From Eledone cirrhosa (taxonomy: Eukaryota): DNA of 64,000 bases. Shown piece by piece: positions 24,844 to 37,776 of this stretch. The translations under genes and the position numbers were made by a program. The DNA lies in contig OZ024743.1 in NCBI GenBank assembly GCA_964016885.1, forward strand, positions 77,500,001-77,564,000, read 5' to 3'. The notes under the pieces were generated by a model, which was not told the DNA's origin, did no database searches, and saw only the letters and a program-made list of their open reading frames with translations. Positions within the stretch are counted from its first letter, which is position 1; each line of letters starts with the position of its first letter.

Positions 24844-25556
24844 ACGATGAAGAAAACGATGAAAAAAAAAGGTAATGGTTCATCGAAAATAAATGTTCCT
24901 GTAGAAATGTTTTTTAAAAAATATCAAATTTCTTTTTTTTTTTTTGTTTTGAAAGTGTTCGTTGTAAGAAACGAGAAACATGTATATATATCGTGAAATG
25001 CGACAGTTAGTTGATGCGTGAGAGAAAAAGTCTGTCTGAACGCGAATTTCACATGTGCGTGTGTGCGTTTCCTTGAGTATTTTCATAGTTTGTCGATAAA
25101 TTTGCTGTGTATTCGTAATGTTACTCACACAATACCAGATCTGCTATTTTTTTCTTTTTTCGGGGTGACCACTTATAGCGATGAACGGCTGCGTGTTCGT
25201 ATCACGTCAGGGTTACCAATATAGCGAGAGTACTGGGTTGCATGTATGTAACAAAACGAGACATGGTTTGTGTGTATAATATTTAATTAACAATGGTAGA
25301 TAGTATAGTTGTCATGTCAAAGAAATAGATGATAGAATGAAACAAAGTTAGTCGTTACCGTTTTGATTGCCAGGCAAACGCGGCTGGCAGAGGACGCCTG
25401 GCTAAGGCCAGCCAGGCGCCGGAAGGCCAAATGAGAGAGAGAGAGAGCCGAAGGCTATTCGTTTTATAGGGCTCTGACCGGAAGTTACAGAAAGGGTTCT
25501 ACTTCCCGTCTAGATGTTAATCTATTGGGGTCACAACAAGGGAGACAACCGCTACA
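23602..25556 (-). mobile_element. Complete non-autonomous LTR retrotransposon (Gypsy-like; 337-bp LTRs, 1281-bp non-coding interior)
   Basis: Direct repeats 23602-23938 and 25220-25556; minus-strand termini TGTAGCG...CGCTATA; 4-bp TSD GGAG on both sides; tRNA-Trp PBS (TGGTAACCCTGACGTGAT) 1 nt after the 5' LTR; purine-rich GGCGGGAGG just before the 3' LTR; TATAAAA and ATTAAA inside the LTR. Confidence 0.93.
25187..25218 (-). promoter_or_regulatory. Extended tRNA-Trp primer-binding site (tRNA positions about 45-76)
   Basis: Plus strand ggctgcgtgttcgTatcacgtcagggttacca versus the recalled metazoan tRNA-Trp 3' half GGCTGCGTGTTCGAATCACGTCGGGGTCACCA (29/32). Confidence 0.85.
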
Positions 25557-26049
25557 GGAGTAAATATATGTGGCCTAAGGCTTGTGTATACAGCTTGGGT
25601 AGGTGTAAGATTATGTGTGAGTTGATTGATGGTTTGTGTATTTCGGTGTGGCACCATCAGCTCAAGTTCTTCAACAAATGCTAGCTCTGTGTGTACTTCT
25701 GGAATCTCGTGGGATCTGTTGGTGAAATTTGTGTGGAGTTGTGCTCAGTTGTGTGTTGTGCTATGAGGACCTAGGTGTGGATCTGCCGGGTGATCTATTG
25801 CTAGGTGTGACACCAATTACATAGCTGAGTTGTCTGAAGGTCACGGTAATCATGCCTGCTGGCACAGTCATTGAGAGGTCGTTTAAGTTGGTAGCCGCCT
25901 CGAGGGGAGAGGTGTGATATGGCAGGGTTGACACGAGTGTCTTTGTATTCTGGTAGTTGCTGTGGTAGGTGGGCGAAAGGTTGGTGGCAGCTACAGTAGA
26001 ACCTGTCCATCTGTTTGTTAGTATGTCGGCAGGCATGTACAATAGCATT

Positions 26050-26400
26050 CATTCGCTCGTCTCTTATTTGATCCAAAAGTGTTACATTGATCCTTAGAGT
26101 TCCAATGTTGCGTTCTGTCACTAGCACTGTGACAGTGAGTCTTCCATCCTTGTTTTCACATTTGGTGATATGTTTCCGAAAGGACGAGGCTCTAGTGCTG
26201 ACGTGCTCCTTGAATCGTATGTGCAGCGGTCGAAAGGTGCTGCTGATGTAACAATCGTTGCACTTGTCGCATTCGATCTTTTAAACCACGTAAGTGCGCA
26301 AGCAACAGTCTGTGTGTCGTATCGAACAATTGCCGAGGGAGCATGTATTATCCACGTTGTGTTGTTTCTTGGAGAGGCAACTCTGTTGCTGTCTCATGCT
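26050..26400 (-). mobile_element. Degenerate PLE GIY-YIG endonuclease fragment; its 3' region probably hosts the LTR insertion
   Basis: Minus strand reads VV*KIECDKCNDCYISSTFRPLHIRFKEHVSTRASSFRKHI. Confidence 0.7.
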
Positions 26401-26524
26401 GAGTCTAACAATAAGAATATGAGTAAACAGTTGGATAAGAAGAAACTAAATGTATATATATGTGTGGTAAATAAATATATACATATATATTAAATCTGAA
26501 CACAAAGGAACCAAACTCCCACTG

Positions 26525-29500
26525 TCACTGCCCCCGGCTTTCTCACTCTCCCCATCTCTCTCTTTAACCCACTGCCTCCGTCTCTCTCACTCTCCCCATC
26601 TCTCTCTTTCACCCACTACCTCCGTCTCTCTCACTCTCCCCATCTCTCTCTTTCACCCACTGCCTCCGTCTCTCTCACTCTCCCCATCTCTCTCTTTCAC
26701 CCACTACCTCCGTCTCTCTCACTCTCCCCATCTCTCTCTTTCACCCACTGCCTCCGTCTCTCTCACTCTCCCATCTCTCTCTTTCACCCACTGCCTCCGT
26801 CTCTCTCACTCTCCCCATCTCTCTCTTTCACCCACTGCCTCTGTCTCTCTCACTCTCCCCATCTCTCTCTTTCACCCACTACCTCCGTCTCTCTCACTCT
26901 CCCCATCTCTCTCTTTCACCCACTACCTCCGTCTCTCTCACTCTCCCCATCTCTCTCTTTCACCCACTGCCTCCGTCTCTCTCACTCTCCCATCTCTCTC
27001 TTTCACCCACTGCCTCCGTCTCTCTCACTCTCCCCATCTCTCTCTTTCACCCACTGCCTCCATCTCTCTCACTCGCCCATCTCTCTCTTTCACCCACTGC
27101 CTCCGTCTCTCTCACTCTCCCCATCTCTCTCTTTCACCCACTGCCTCCATCTCTCTCACTCTCCCATCTCTCTCTTTCACCCACTGCCTCTGTCTCTCTC
27201 ACTCTCCCCATCTCTCTCTTTCACCCACTGCCCCCGGCTTTCTCACTCTCCCCATCTCTCTCTTTCACCCACTGCCTCCGTCTCTCTCACTCTCCCCATC
27301 TCTCTCTTTCACCCACTGCCCCCAACTTTCTCACTCTCCCCATCTCTCTCTTTCACCCACTGCCTCTGTCTCTCTCACTCTCCCCATCTCTCTCTTTCAC
27401 CCACTGCCTTCGTCTCTCTCACTCTCCCCATCTCTCTCTTTCACCCACTGCCTCCGCCCTCTCACTCTCCCCATCTCTCTCTTTCACCCACTGCCCCCGG
27501 CTTTCTAACTCTCCCCATCTCTCTCTTTCACCCACTGCCTCCGTCTCTCTCACTCTCCCCATCTCTCTCTTTCACCCACTACCTCCGTCTCTCTCACTCT
27601 CCCCATCTCTCTCTTTCACCCACTGCCCCCGGCTTTCTCACTCTCCCCAACTCTCTCTTTCACCCACTGCCTCCGTCTCTCTCACTCTCCCCATCTCTCT
27701 CTTTCACCCACTGCCTCCGTCTCTCTCACATCCCCATCTCTCTCTTTCACCCATTACCCCCGGCTCTCTCACTCTCCCCATCTCTCTCTTTCATCCACTG
27801 CCTCCGTCTGTCACTCTCCCCATCTCTCTCTTTCACCCACTGCCTCCGTCTCTCTCACTCTCCCCATCTCTCTTTCACCCACTGCCTCCGTCCTCCCACT
27901 CTCCCCATCTCTCTCTTTCACCCACTGCCCCCGGCTTTCTCACTCTCCCCATCTCTCTCTTTCACCCACTGCCTCCGTCTCTCTCACTCTCCCCATCTCT
28001 CTCTTTCACCCGCTGCCCCCGGCTTTCTCACTCTCCCCATCTCTCTCTTTCACCCACTGCCCCCGTCTCTCTCACATCCCCATCTCTCTCTTTCACCCAC
28101 TACCCCCGGCTCTCTCACTCTCCCCATCTCTCTCTTTCACCCACTGCCTCCGTCTCTCTCACTCTCCCCATCTCTCTCTTTCAACCACTGCCCCCGTCTC
28201 TCTCACTCTCCCCATCTCTCTCTTTCACCCACTGCCCCCGGCTCTCTCACTCTCCCTATCTCTCTCTTTCACCCACTGCCTCTGTCTCTCTCACTCTCCC
28301 CATCTCTCTCTTTCACCTACTGCCTTAGTGTCTGTCTCTCTCCCCATCTCTCTCTTTCACCCACTGCCTCCGTCTCTCTCACTCTCCCCATCTCTCTCTT
28401 TCACCCACTGCCCCCGGCTTTCTCACTCTCCCCATCTCTCTCTTTCACCCACTGCCTCCGTCTCTCTCACTCTCCCCATCTCTCTCTTTCACCCACTGCC
28501 TTCGTCTCTCTCACTCTCCCCATCTCTCTCTTTCACCCACTGCCTCCGTCCTCTCACTCTCCCCATCTCTCTCTTTCACCCACTGCCTCCGTCTCTCTCA
28601 CTCTCCCATCTCTCTCTTTCACCCACTGCCTCCGTCTCTCTCACTCTCCCCATCTCTCTCTTTCACCCACTGCCTCCATCTCTCTCACTCGCCCATCTCT
28701 CTCTTTCACCCACTGCCTCCGTCTCTCTCACTCTCCCCATCTCTCTCTTTCACCCACTGCCTCCATCTCTCTCACTCTCCCATCTCTCTCTTTCACCCAC
28801 TGCCTCTGTCTCTCTCACTCTCCCCATCTCTCTCTTTCACCCACTGCCCCCGGCTTTCTCACTCTCCCCATCTCTCTCTTTCACCCACTGCCTCCGTCTC
28901 TCTCACTCTCCCCATCTCTCTCTTTCACCCACTGCCCCCAACTTTCTCACTCTCCCCATCTCTCTCTTTCACCCACTGCCTCTGTCTCTCTCACTCTCCC
29001 CATCTCTCTCTTTCACCCACTGCCTTCGTCTCTCTCACTCTCCCCATCTCTCTCTTTCACCCACTGCCTCCGCCCTCTCACTCTCCCCATCTCTCTCTTT
29101 CACCCACTGCCCCCGGCTTTCCAACTCTCCCCATCTCTCTCTTTCACCCACTGCCTCCGTCTCTCTCACTCTCCCCATCTCTCTCTTTCACCCACTACCT
29201 CCGTCTCTCTCACTCTCCCCATCTCTCTCTTTCACCCACTGCCCCCGGCTTTCTCACTCTCCCCAACTCTCTCTTTCACCCACTGCCTCCGTCTCTCTCA
29301 CTCTCTCCATCTCTCTCTTTCACCCACTGCCTCCGTCTCTCTCACTCTCCCCATCTCTCTATTTCACCCACTGCATCCGTCTCTCTCACATTCCCATCTC
29401 TCTCTTTCACCCATTACCCCCGGCTCTCTCACTCTCCCCATCTCTCTCTTTCATCCACTGCCTCCGTCTCTCACTCTCCCCATCTCTCTCTTTCACCCAC

Positions 29501-30716
29501 TGCCTCCGTCTCTCTCACTCTCCCCATCTCTCTTTCACCCACTGCCTCCGTCCTCCCACTCTCCCCATCTCTCTCTTTCACCCACTGCCCCCGGCTTTCT
29601 CACTCTCCCCATCTCTCTCTTTCACCCACTGCCTCCGTCTCTCTCACTCTCCCCATCTCTCTCTTTCACCCGCTGCCCCCGGCTTTCTCACTCTCCCCAT
29701 CTCTCTCTTTCACCCACTGCCCCCGTCTCTCTCACATCCCCATCTCTCTCTTTCACCCACTACCCCCGGCTCTCTCACTCTCCCCATCTCTCTCTTTCAC
29801 CCACTGCCTCCGTCTCTCTCACTCTCCCCATCTCTCTCTTTCAACCACTGCCCCCGTCTCTCTCACTCTCCCCATCTCTCTCTTTCACCCACTGCCCCCG
29901 GCTCTCTCACTCTCCCTATCTCTCTCTTTCACCCACTGCCTCCGTCTCTCTCACTCTCCCCATCTCTCTCTTTCACCCACTGCCTCCGTCTCTCTCACTC
30001 TCCCCATCTCTCTCTTTCACCCACTGCCCCCGGCTTTCTCACTCTCCCCATCTCTCTCTTTCACCCACTGCCTCCGTCTCTCTCACTCTCCCCATCTCTC
30101 TCTTTCACCCACTGCCTTCGTCTCTCTCACTCTCCCCATCTCTCTCTTTCACCCACTGCCTCCGTCCTCTCACTCTCCCCATCTCTCTCTTTCACCCACT
30201 GCCTCCGTCTCTCCCACTCTCCCCATCTCTCTCTTTCACCTACTGCCTTAGTCTCTGTCTCTCTCCCCATCTCTCTCTTTCACCCACTGCCTCCGTCTCT
30301 CTCACTCTCCCCATCTCTCTCTTTCAACCACTGCCTCCGTCTCTCTCACTCTCCCTATCTCTCTCTTTCACCCACTGCCTCCGTCCTCTCACTCTCCCCA
30401 TCTCTCTCTTTCACCCACTGCCTCCGTCTCTCCCACTCTCCCCATCTCTCTCTTTCACCTACTGCCTTAGTCTCTGTCTCTCTCCCCATCTCTCTCTTTC
30501 ACCCACTGCCTCCGTCTCTCTCACTCTCCCCATCTCTCTCTTTCACCCACTGCCTCCGTCTCTCTCACTCTCCCCATCTCTCTCTTTCACCCACTGCCTC
30601 CGTCTCTCTCACTCTCCCCATCTCTCTCTTTCAACCACTGCCTCCGTCTCTCTCACTCTCCCCATCTCTCTCTTTCAACCACTGCCTCTGTCTCTCTCAC
30701 TCTCCCCATCTCTCAC
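26525..30716. repeat. 44-bp pyrimidine-rich satellite (about 95 copies) with a 1616-bp higher-order duplication
   Basis: Unit ctgcctccgtctctctcactctccccatctctctctttcaccca; rare variants recur at 27071/28687 and 27321/28937. Confidence 0.97.
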
Positions 30717-30739
30717 TAAGCAAATGGGGGCCCACACTC

Positions 30740-30935
30740 TGACCGCCCTCTGGCCCCGGCGGACACAATAGAGAAGGCGTTTCCCGGAGGATGGTGAGGG
30801 AGGTGCGCTGAAAGAGCCATTCCAGCTCGCGATGCTCACATCTGCGGGTAGCCAGCTCTGTGCCGATGATGGTGAGTAGGGAGGTTGTTCTAGGGCCAAG
30901 GGCACGAGAATTCTCCACTGCCAAGGGCTCGACCG
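30740..30935 (-). mobile_element. C-terminal restriction-like endonuclease fragment of a CRE-like non-LTR retrotransposon
   Basis: VEPLAVENSRALGPRTTSLLTIIGTELATRRCEHRELEWLFQRTSLTILR, then after a 1-nt shift NAFSI; matches the recalled PLAVET.G..GP...LFQRLS.AI.RGNA motif. Confidence 0.7.
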
Positions 30936-31544
30936 TTTGTAAATTAAATTTGTAACAGACAAACATATAACTACAATTCAAAATATATGTTGCATTCATT
31001 ACTCTCGGATTACAAATGACTCATAATGAACTCGTTTTCAATACATGTGCGTGAATGTGACGTCAATCAAATTTATATGGTATTTCTGAGGTCAGCAACT
31101 CTGATACGGGGTCATGGCTGATATTCATTGGTATGTTGGAGTACCTGTGTGTGCATAGGTCTGTGTGTTTGTGTATGGGTCTGTGTGTGTGTGTGTGCAT
31201 AGGTCTCTGTGTGTGTGTGTGTGTGTATGGGTCTGTGTGTGTGTGTATGGGTCTGTGTGTGTGTGTATGTATGTGTGTCAAATGACACATTTCGTAATAA
31301 ATGTGCTTTAAATGTATGTTAAACGATATTTTAAAGAACTACCACCCCGCCCCACTAATTCCACTCCACCACATTCCTTCTCATCCCACCCCACTGCACC
31401 TCAATAATCGATCCATTTTTAAATGAACAAGACAATCAACCTTGTCTCAAGTGGGAAAATTCCCGTCCAAACCCATTCAAGCGTGGAAGATGGACGTTAA
31501 ACGATGATGATGATGATGATGATGAACACATTGGGGGATGCCAT

Positions 31545-32425
31545 CTAGTACATCATGATCAACTGATGATGAATTATTAAATACATCAGTGAAATCTTCT
31601 TTCCGACGCTTAAGGATTTTTTCTGATTCTTTAATGATGGCGGTGTCGTCCTTGTAGGAACAATAGACGAAGTACTTGGACCATATACTGCACGCAAAAG
31701 ACTATAAAGCAGTTTTGAATCCTTTGCGCTATAAGCACTTTGAATATCGTCAGAGATCTTCAACCACCATTTATTTTTAAGCCTTCTCAGCTCGCATTGT
31801 AAGGTGGCTTTATATTCTTTATATGTCTTTTTAATAGCAGTTAAATTCGTAGGTCACTCTCCCATAAGCTTTTCATGAAGAGCGTGTTTTTTCTTTAATA
31901 GTTTGCTGATAACCAGATTGTTATCATCAAACCAGTCTTTGTGTTGTTTTTTCGCTCTGAATCCAAGTTCTTCTCCTGCTGTATACAATTGATCCCTGAA
32001 GTTTATCCAAGTTCTATTGAAGTCAATATTATTCAAACGTTTATTCAAAGCCTCGCGTACTTCTTGTTGTTTTAAGTTTCCAACATCAATACGCTTCAAT
32101 GTTTTGATCCCACACATACAAGATTTTTTTCTGAATACATAACTTAAAATTCTCCCAAACCACCTTATGGTCTGTGTTGCACTCTGCACTACGCATGGCG
32201 CACATATTACAGACATCATTCAGGTCGCATCTCCGGGTTACTATGCAATCTATCATGTGGTCATCTTTTGACCTTGGGTGTATCCAGATAATTTATGCTT
32301 CTTCTTTTGGTGGAAGAATGTATTGCAAATTGATAGGCTGAGTTCCAAACAGAGCTCAAGCAGCTTCAAACCCTTGGCATTCATATTACCAATGCCGTAA
32401 TGGCCTAGTGCATCCCATGTCTCAT
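31545..32425 (-). mobile_element. Degenerate RTE-clade LINE fragment (endonuclease end and linker)
   Basis: HKDWFDDNN and SKLLYSLLRAVYGPSTS match the RTE at 38938-42426. Confidence 0.85.
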
Positions 32426-33024
32426 CTCATGGCGTAGAGAACAGCAACTTATTTTCTCCTTACGTTTTCCCCCTCACCTTAATGCCACACCCATCTTCCT
32501 TTAGTCTGCTTTGTCAGATACTTTCTATGACTCACTGAACATACTTCCTTTATCCTATGACACTCCTAAATTACATACATATCACTGTTAGATTCTTAAA
32601 TATAAACTTATATTGAACATACACACGTTCAAATGCAATCATACACTCACACTTACAGATCCACACATCTCACGAACATACACTAACACTGCCAGATACT
32701 TTACACATACACAAAATAACGTCAATGCACATTGTACACACTTTCAAACTTACATTCACTCACACATACATATCCACTAACACATGGATATACACATACA
32801 CTCACTATCTTTGTTACTTTACACAAAATACCTTTAAAAATCACAAACCTTTAAACTTACACTTACACACACATATAACAACACTAATACACACACACAT
32901 ATATAATGACACTAACACACACACACATATAACGACACTAATATACACTCCACTTCACCTTCTTACTCGTTACCCATGACTACCTAACAATTTGTTTTGT
33001 TTTCACTCTTCAGTTTCATTGTAC

Positions 33025-34055
33025 TCGTATATATACATAAATCGCAATTTCTGTCTGTGTGTGTTTGTGTGTTTGTTTGTGAACCTAAAACTCAAAAACT
33101 ACCAAACCGATCTTGATGAAACTTGACATGTGTGTGGGGCTCATACCCATTTGATTTCTTACGTATATTTCATTTTAATCAAAGGGTTCCCCGGGGGCTC
33201 AAACCCACGCTTAATTTTTTCCCTTTGATTTATATGAAATTTAAACCATAGGTAAATGACAAGATATGATGCCTATTCACAGAATTTCAGCAAATTTCAA
33301 TAATATTAAGACACCCAAATGGGGGTTTAAACCCCCTATAGTGAATATTTTGGCCAATAAATGGAACAAGATTTCACGAACTCCTGCTATGGTTTTGGAG
33401 ATAGACCCCCATAACCATATATATTCTGAAACTACATTGCCCAGGGTACTTGGATAAGTATATTTCATTTTAATCAAAGGGTTCCCCGGGGGCACAAAAC
33501 CTCCGTTCAAAAGTTTTAAACCATAGGTAAATAACAAGATATGATGCCTACTCACAAAATGTCAGCAAATTTCAATAATATTAAGACACCCTAATGGGGG
33601 TTAAGCCCACTATTAGGGTTCCCCGAAGGTACAAATCCCCGCTGAAATTTTTTTCCCTTCGATTTATATGAAATTTAAACCATAGGTAAATGACAAAATA
33701 TGATGAAATAATCGATAGTTCATTCTCACGCTAAGCGTTGTCCAACCGTTTGTCGCCTTACTAATCCAGCAGTTATTGTAAGTCTTCAGTTTCTCTTGAA
33801 AAAAGAATTCTCAACCTATCCCACGGTTCTATTTTTTTCCTTATAGCAACACTCAACTTCTCTGACAAACATTTTTTCGCCTGACCAATGCACTTAACAA
33901 TATTTGTTTGTATTATTGTTTCGTAAATGAATTTGTCTTCGCTTTTGATTATCTGTCCTATATTTTGATTTCATTTTTGGTCTGAGAGCCATTGGCCATT
34001 TTAATGGGAACTGGGAATACACCCGCTCCCGGGTATTACCGGGTACCTCAGCTAG
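33025..34055 (+). mobile_element. Non-autonomous Helitron-like element with internal tandem duplications
   Basis: 5' tatatacataaatcgcaatttctgtctgtgtgtg (CTGT-type microsatellite near the 5' end); 3' hairpin cccgg-gtatta-ccggg followed by CTAG|T; internal repeats of aaagggttccccgggg...ccataggtaaat. Confidence 0.7.
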
Positions 34056-34059
34056 TATA

Positions 34060-37000
34060 TATATATATATAATATTACTTCAACATATTAATAAATATAG
34101 ACATTCATGTGATCAAATATATTTTATTATACATATTTCAGAGGTACTGAGCTATTTCAATAGTACGTCCTCATCAGATAAAATAAGTTGATGCTTGACA
34201 TACCTTGACTATGTTGATGGTTATAATTCAGTCATGGCAGTGATTAGTTATGACAAAACTCAATATTTATATACCTTAAGTTGAAACATGAAAAATTACA
34301 TATAATACAGAGGGTGCGTATGAGAATGTGTATAAAGATATATAAATAACTAATAATATATAATACATAAACTTATATAACTGTTAAAAATTTAAATAAT
34401 AATAATATAATATATGCATATCTCATTATTGCAGATAGAGGAAGTGAGAGATCGAGAAAGCAAATCATGAGGAAAGAGAGAAAAAGAAAGAGATTTGATC
34501 GTAGGAACAAAAGAAGGGAGAAATGATCAAAGGATAGAGAGAAGGAAGAAATGAAAATAAGTTTAATAGTATAAACAAAGGGAGGAAGATATGCATTGTA
34601 ACGTATAAATAACGTATAATTAGATAAGTGAGAAAGAATATCTAGGCATATTTCAAATCTTAAGTTAATTAGAAATAGTCAATTAATCAAATGACATAAG
34701 ATTTTAGACTATAAAATTTGAAAGGATTTATATTATTGTATTATATCAGAGTTCAAGCAAATGTAACGTGAAAGAGATAAATTTATGTTTATCATAACTC
34801 CAAAGGTAATCACAAGTATATTTAAAGTATATTAGAATTAAGAATATAATCAATATATTAGTCAGAAAACATTAAAATTAAAATGTTATTAATAAACCAT
34901 AAAGCATTATAAATGTATTTAATAAGATATTATTAAACCAGATTTATCTAGATATACTCATTTGTATAATTTATATATATACTATAAAGTTTAAGGTTTA
35001 AGACGATATTAGTCACTTATATGTAGTATAATTACTGTTAAGAGTGTTATCAATTTGATTCAACTAGATTTTACTGTATTCAAAATTTTACATCAAGTTA
35101 AGTACAAAAAATTAATCAACTTGGATCTAAGGAGACTTTTATACTATAAATGTACAATCATATCCTCGTGAATCATAAACAAACATTCAAAGTAATTAAA
35201 CGGTTTACAAGTCTGAATACATTAGAGGTATCAAATATATAAGATATAAGATTTAGAAAATACAAAAACCAAAATTAAATGTATTTAAACAATCTAAAGG
35301 TCATACATACTAAACAAGAGATCAGTTTAACAATTTCAATGTTTAGGTAGAAACCCTTAATCTAATATTAATAATAGCATAAATAATAAAAGCATTACAA
35401 GAATTTTTAATCTGAGACAATATCGTTTCACGCTCAGAATTATTAATAAACGTCTAAATCATTTCACATTTATTCAATGTTTTTTTCCTGATTTTTTTGT
35501 GAAGCTTGGAATGTAGATGCAGCTTTGTGCAAGCAATTGGAGAATAATTCACTTTTTTTGTTAATTAAGTTATCATAATTAGCAATTATTAATAGGGTCT
35601 CCATATTGCAAAGATTGCAGTTAGGTGATATTGAGGAATTCACGTAGACTTGACTATTACAAAGTTTGGACCAAAATATTGAGTATTTAAAATTTTTGTC
35701 TTTTAACGACCATATAAAGAGGTAGAAAATGTATTATCCGGATTCGAAAAAGAGTGTTTGGGATTAGAAAATCTTAATTTAAAGCTCGATGAAGTTGGAC
35801 CTATATAGTTGTAGGTGATGTTATTTGCTTTAACGGTACATTTATAAACTAGGTTCTTATCAAGACAATTATTTTGCAGAGAGCAATTCGATCTATTTCT
35901 ACAGTTACATTTCGATTTACTGTTATTACTATAATTTAAACTGTACACGTTATCATTGCTAATACTTGGAGGTGTTCTATTGTGAGTGCTTAAATTAATG
36001 TTATTGTTATTCACAGTATCAATATTATTGCTAATGTTAATATTGCCATTATCCCTAATTGTTTGTTAGTTATGATTAAGAATTCTACTATTTATTTTTG
36101 CAATGTTCTGAGCCATATTCATAGTTGTAGAATAAGATAGCTTAATTGTGTGTCTATTAAATATGGAATGGTATTTATGTGTACTGGGAAAGCAATTATC
36201 TAATGCCTTAAAGAATAAATTTTCCAGGGGTGTTTTGATAGCTAAAGACGCAGGAGGCGCATACCAAATAACTGATTTGGTTCTGATTTTTTTCCGAGAT
36301 TTATTCACGACATTAGTATTTTTATTTATATTTAAATAATTTTTAGAGTCCGCTTTATTTACGTTATTCGTATTTTTACCTAATTTATAATTCGAATTAG
36401 TATTATTTAGATATTCAATATTATTTTTATATCCTGCCTTATGTAACGCCTCGTTATAATAACCAGCTTTTTCATCAAAAATGGATTTGTTAGCGGATAA
36501 TCTAGTTAAGCATTTTTGAATACTATTGACTATTGCATTTTTCACGGATTTAGGATGATTTGAGTAATAGTTAAGATAATTTAGATTTTCATTGGGCTTA
36601 TGAATTTAAATTTAAATTAAGGGTGACATCAAGGAAGTTAACTACTTTAGTGCTACTTTCAACTTCTAATTTGAGGTCATAATTTTTAAAGAATTCTATT
36701 ATTGTTTTCTTAACCCTATTTAGTTCTGTATTGCTATGCTTAACTACAGTAAATAAAATATCATCCCTATATAAACCACCGGTAATCTCCGGCAATTTTT
36801 TATTTACCATATTGAGGATAAAAATTCCCAGAAGTTCGGTAAAGAGTCAGATGATCCCATGGTAATGTCAAAATTCTATTCCTATCCGAGCGGGTCCAAA
36901 ACTCATTATTAAAATTAATTAACAGCTAGAAGAACCCTTCTAGCCGTTAATATGATATTAATCTCCTCGCTAGTGAGATCTATATGTTTATAAGCGTAGG

Positions 37001-37100
37001 ACAAAGCCTTATTCAGGAGGTTAGGTGTAATAGATGAGTAGTAACTTGCTATGTCTATTTGAATAAATTTGTGATTTTTCTTATTTTCTATATTTTTAAA
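34060..37100 (-). mobile_element. Degenerate Penelope-like element (RT C-half plus GIY-YIG, Nematis-like) with 3' hammerhead
   Basis: GLYRDDILF, VNFLDVTLNL, KCNCRNRSNCSLQNNCLDKNLVYKCTV...YIGPT; related to the 17190-19150 element. Confidence 0.88.
34120..34185 (-). ncRNA. Minimal type I hammerhead motif
   Basis: Minus strand: tattttat-CTGATGA-ggacgtact...agtacctct-GAAA-tatgta-TA-ataaaata. Confidence 0.72.
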
Positions 37101-37337
37101 TTATATATATATATATATATATATATACAGTATTTTCCGTTGTGTTGTAATATAAATATTACACACAGTAGATTATCAGCTCACGTAGAGTTTGCTCGAC
37201 GGTTCCAGTTGTAGTTCCAAAAGTAATCCGGAGAAAAATAGAAAGATTTGAATGGATACAGTTTAGTTGAAAGGAATTTATTGACACGTGTTTCTATAAC
37301 AGTTACATAACCTAAAACAGCTATCTACAAACTTTTA

Positions 37338-37432
<95 letters not shown>

Positions 37433-37594
37433 GGGAACAAAGAATCAATATTGCATCATATACATATTTAAATACATATTACATATGTTTCAGTGCCGAT
37501 CAGCTCGAGGAACGATCGATTATGTTCGTTCCTGACTCTGGCATCAAAATCTCCTCAGATATGTGTTCTCACATGTAGGCTTTATTGCCACAAG

Positions 37595-37736
<142 letters not shown>

Positions 37737-37776
37737 CGATATTAACAAATGGAAACTATATTTATAAAACCATATT

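Noticed and set aside
25187-25218. tRNA-Trp gene
   Set aside because: Only the 3' half is present, it includes CCA, and it abuts an LTR, so it is a PBS.
28328-30742. 804-aa Ser/Leu/Pro/His-rich ORF
   Set aside because: Translation of the 44-bp satellite.
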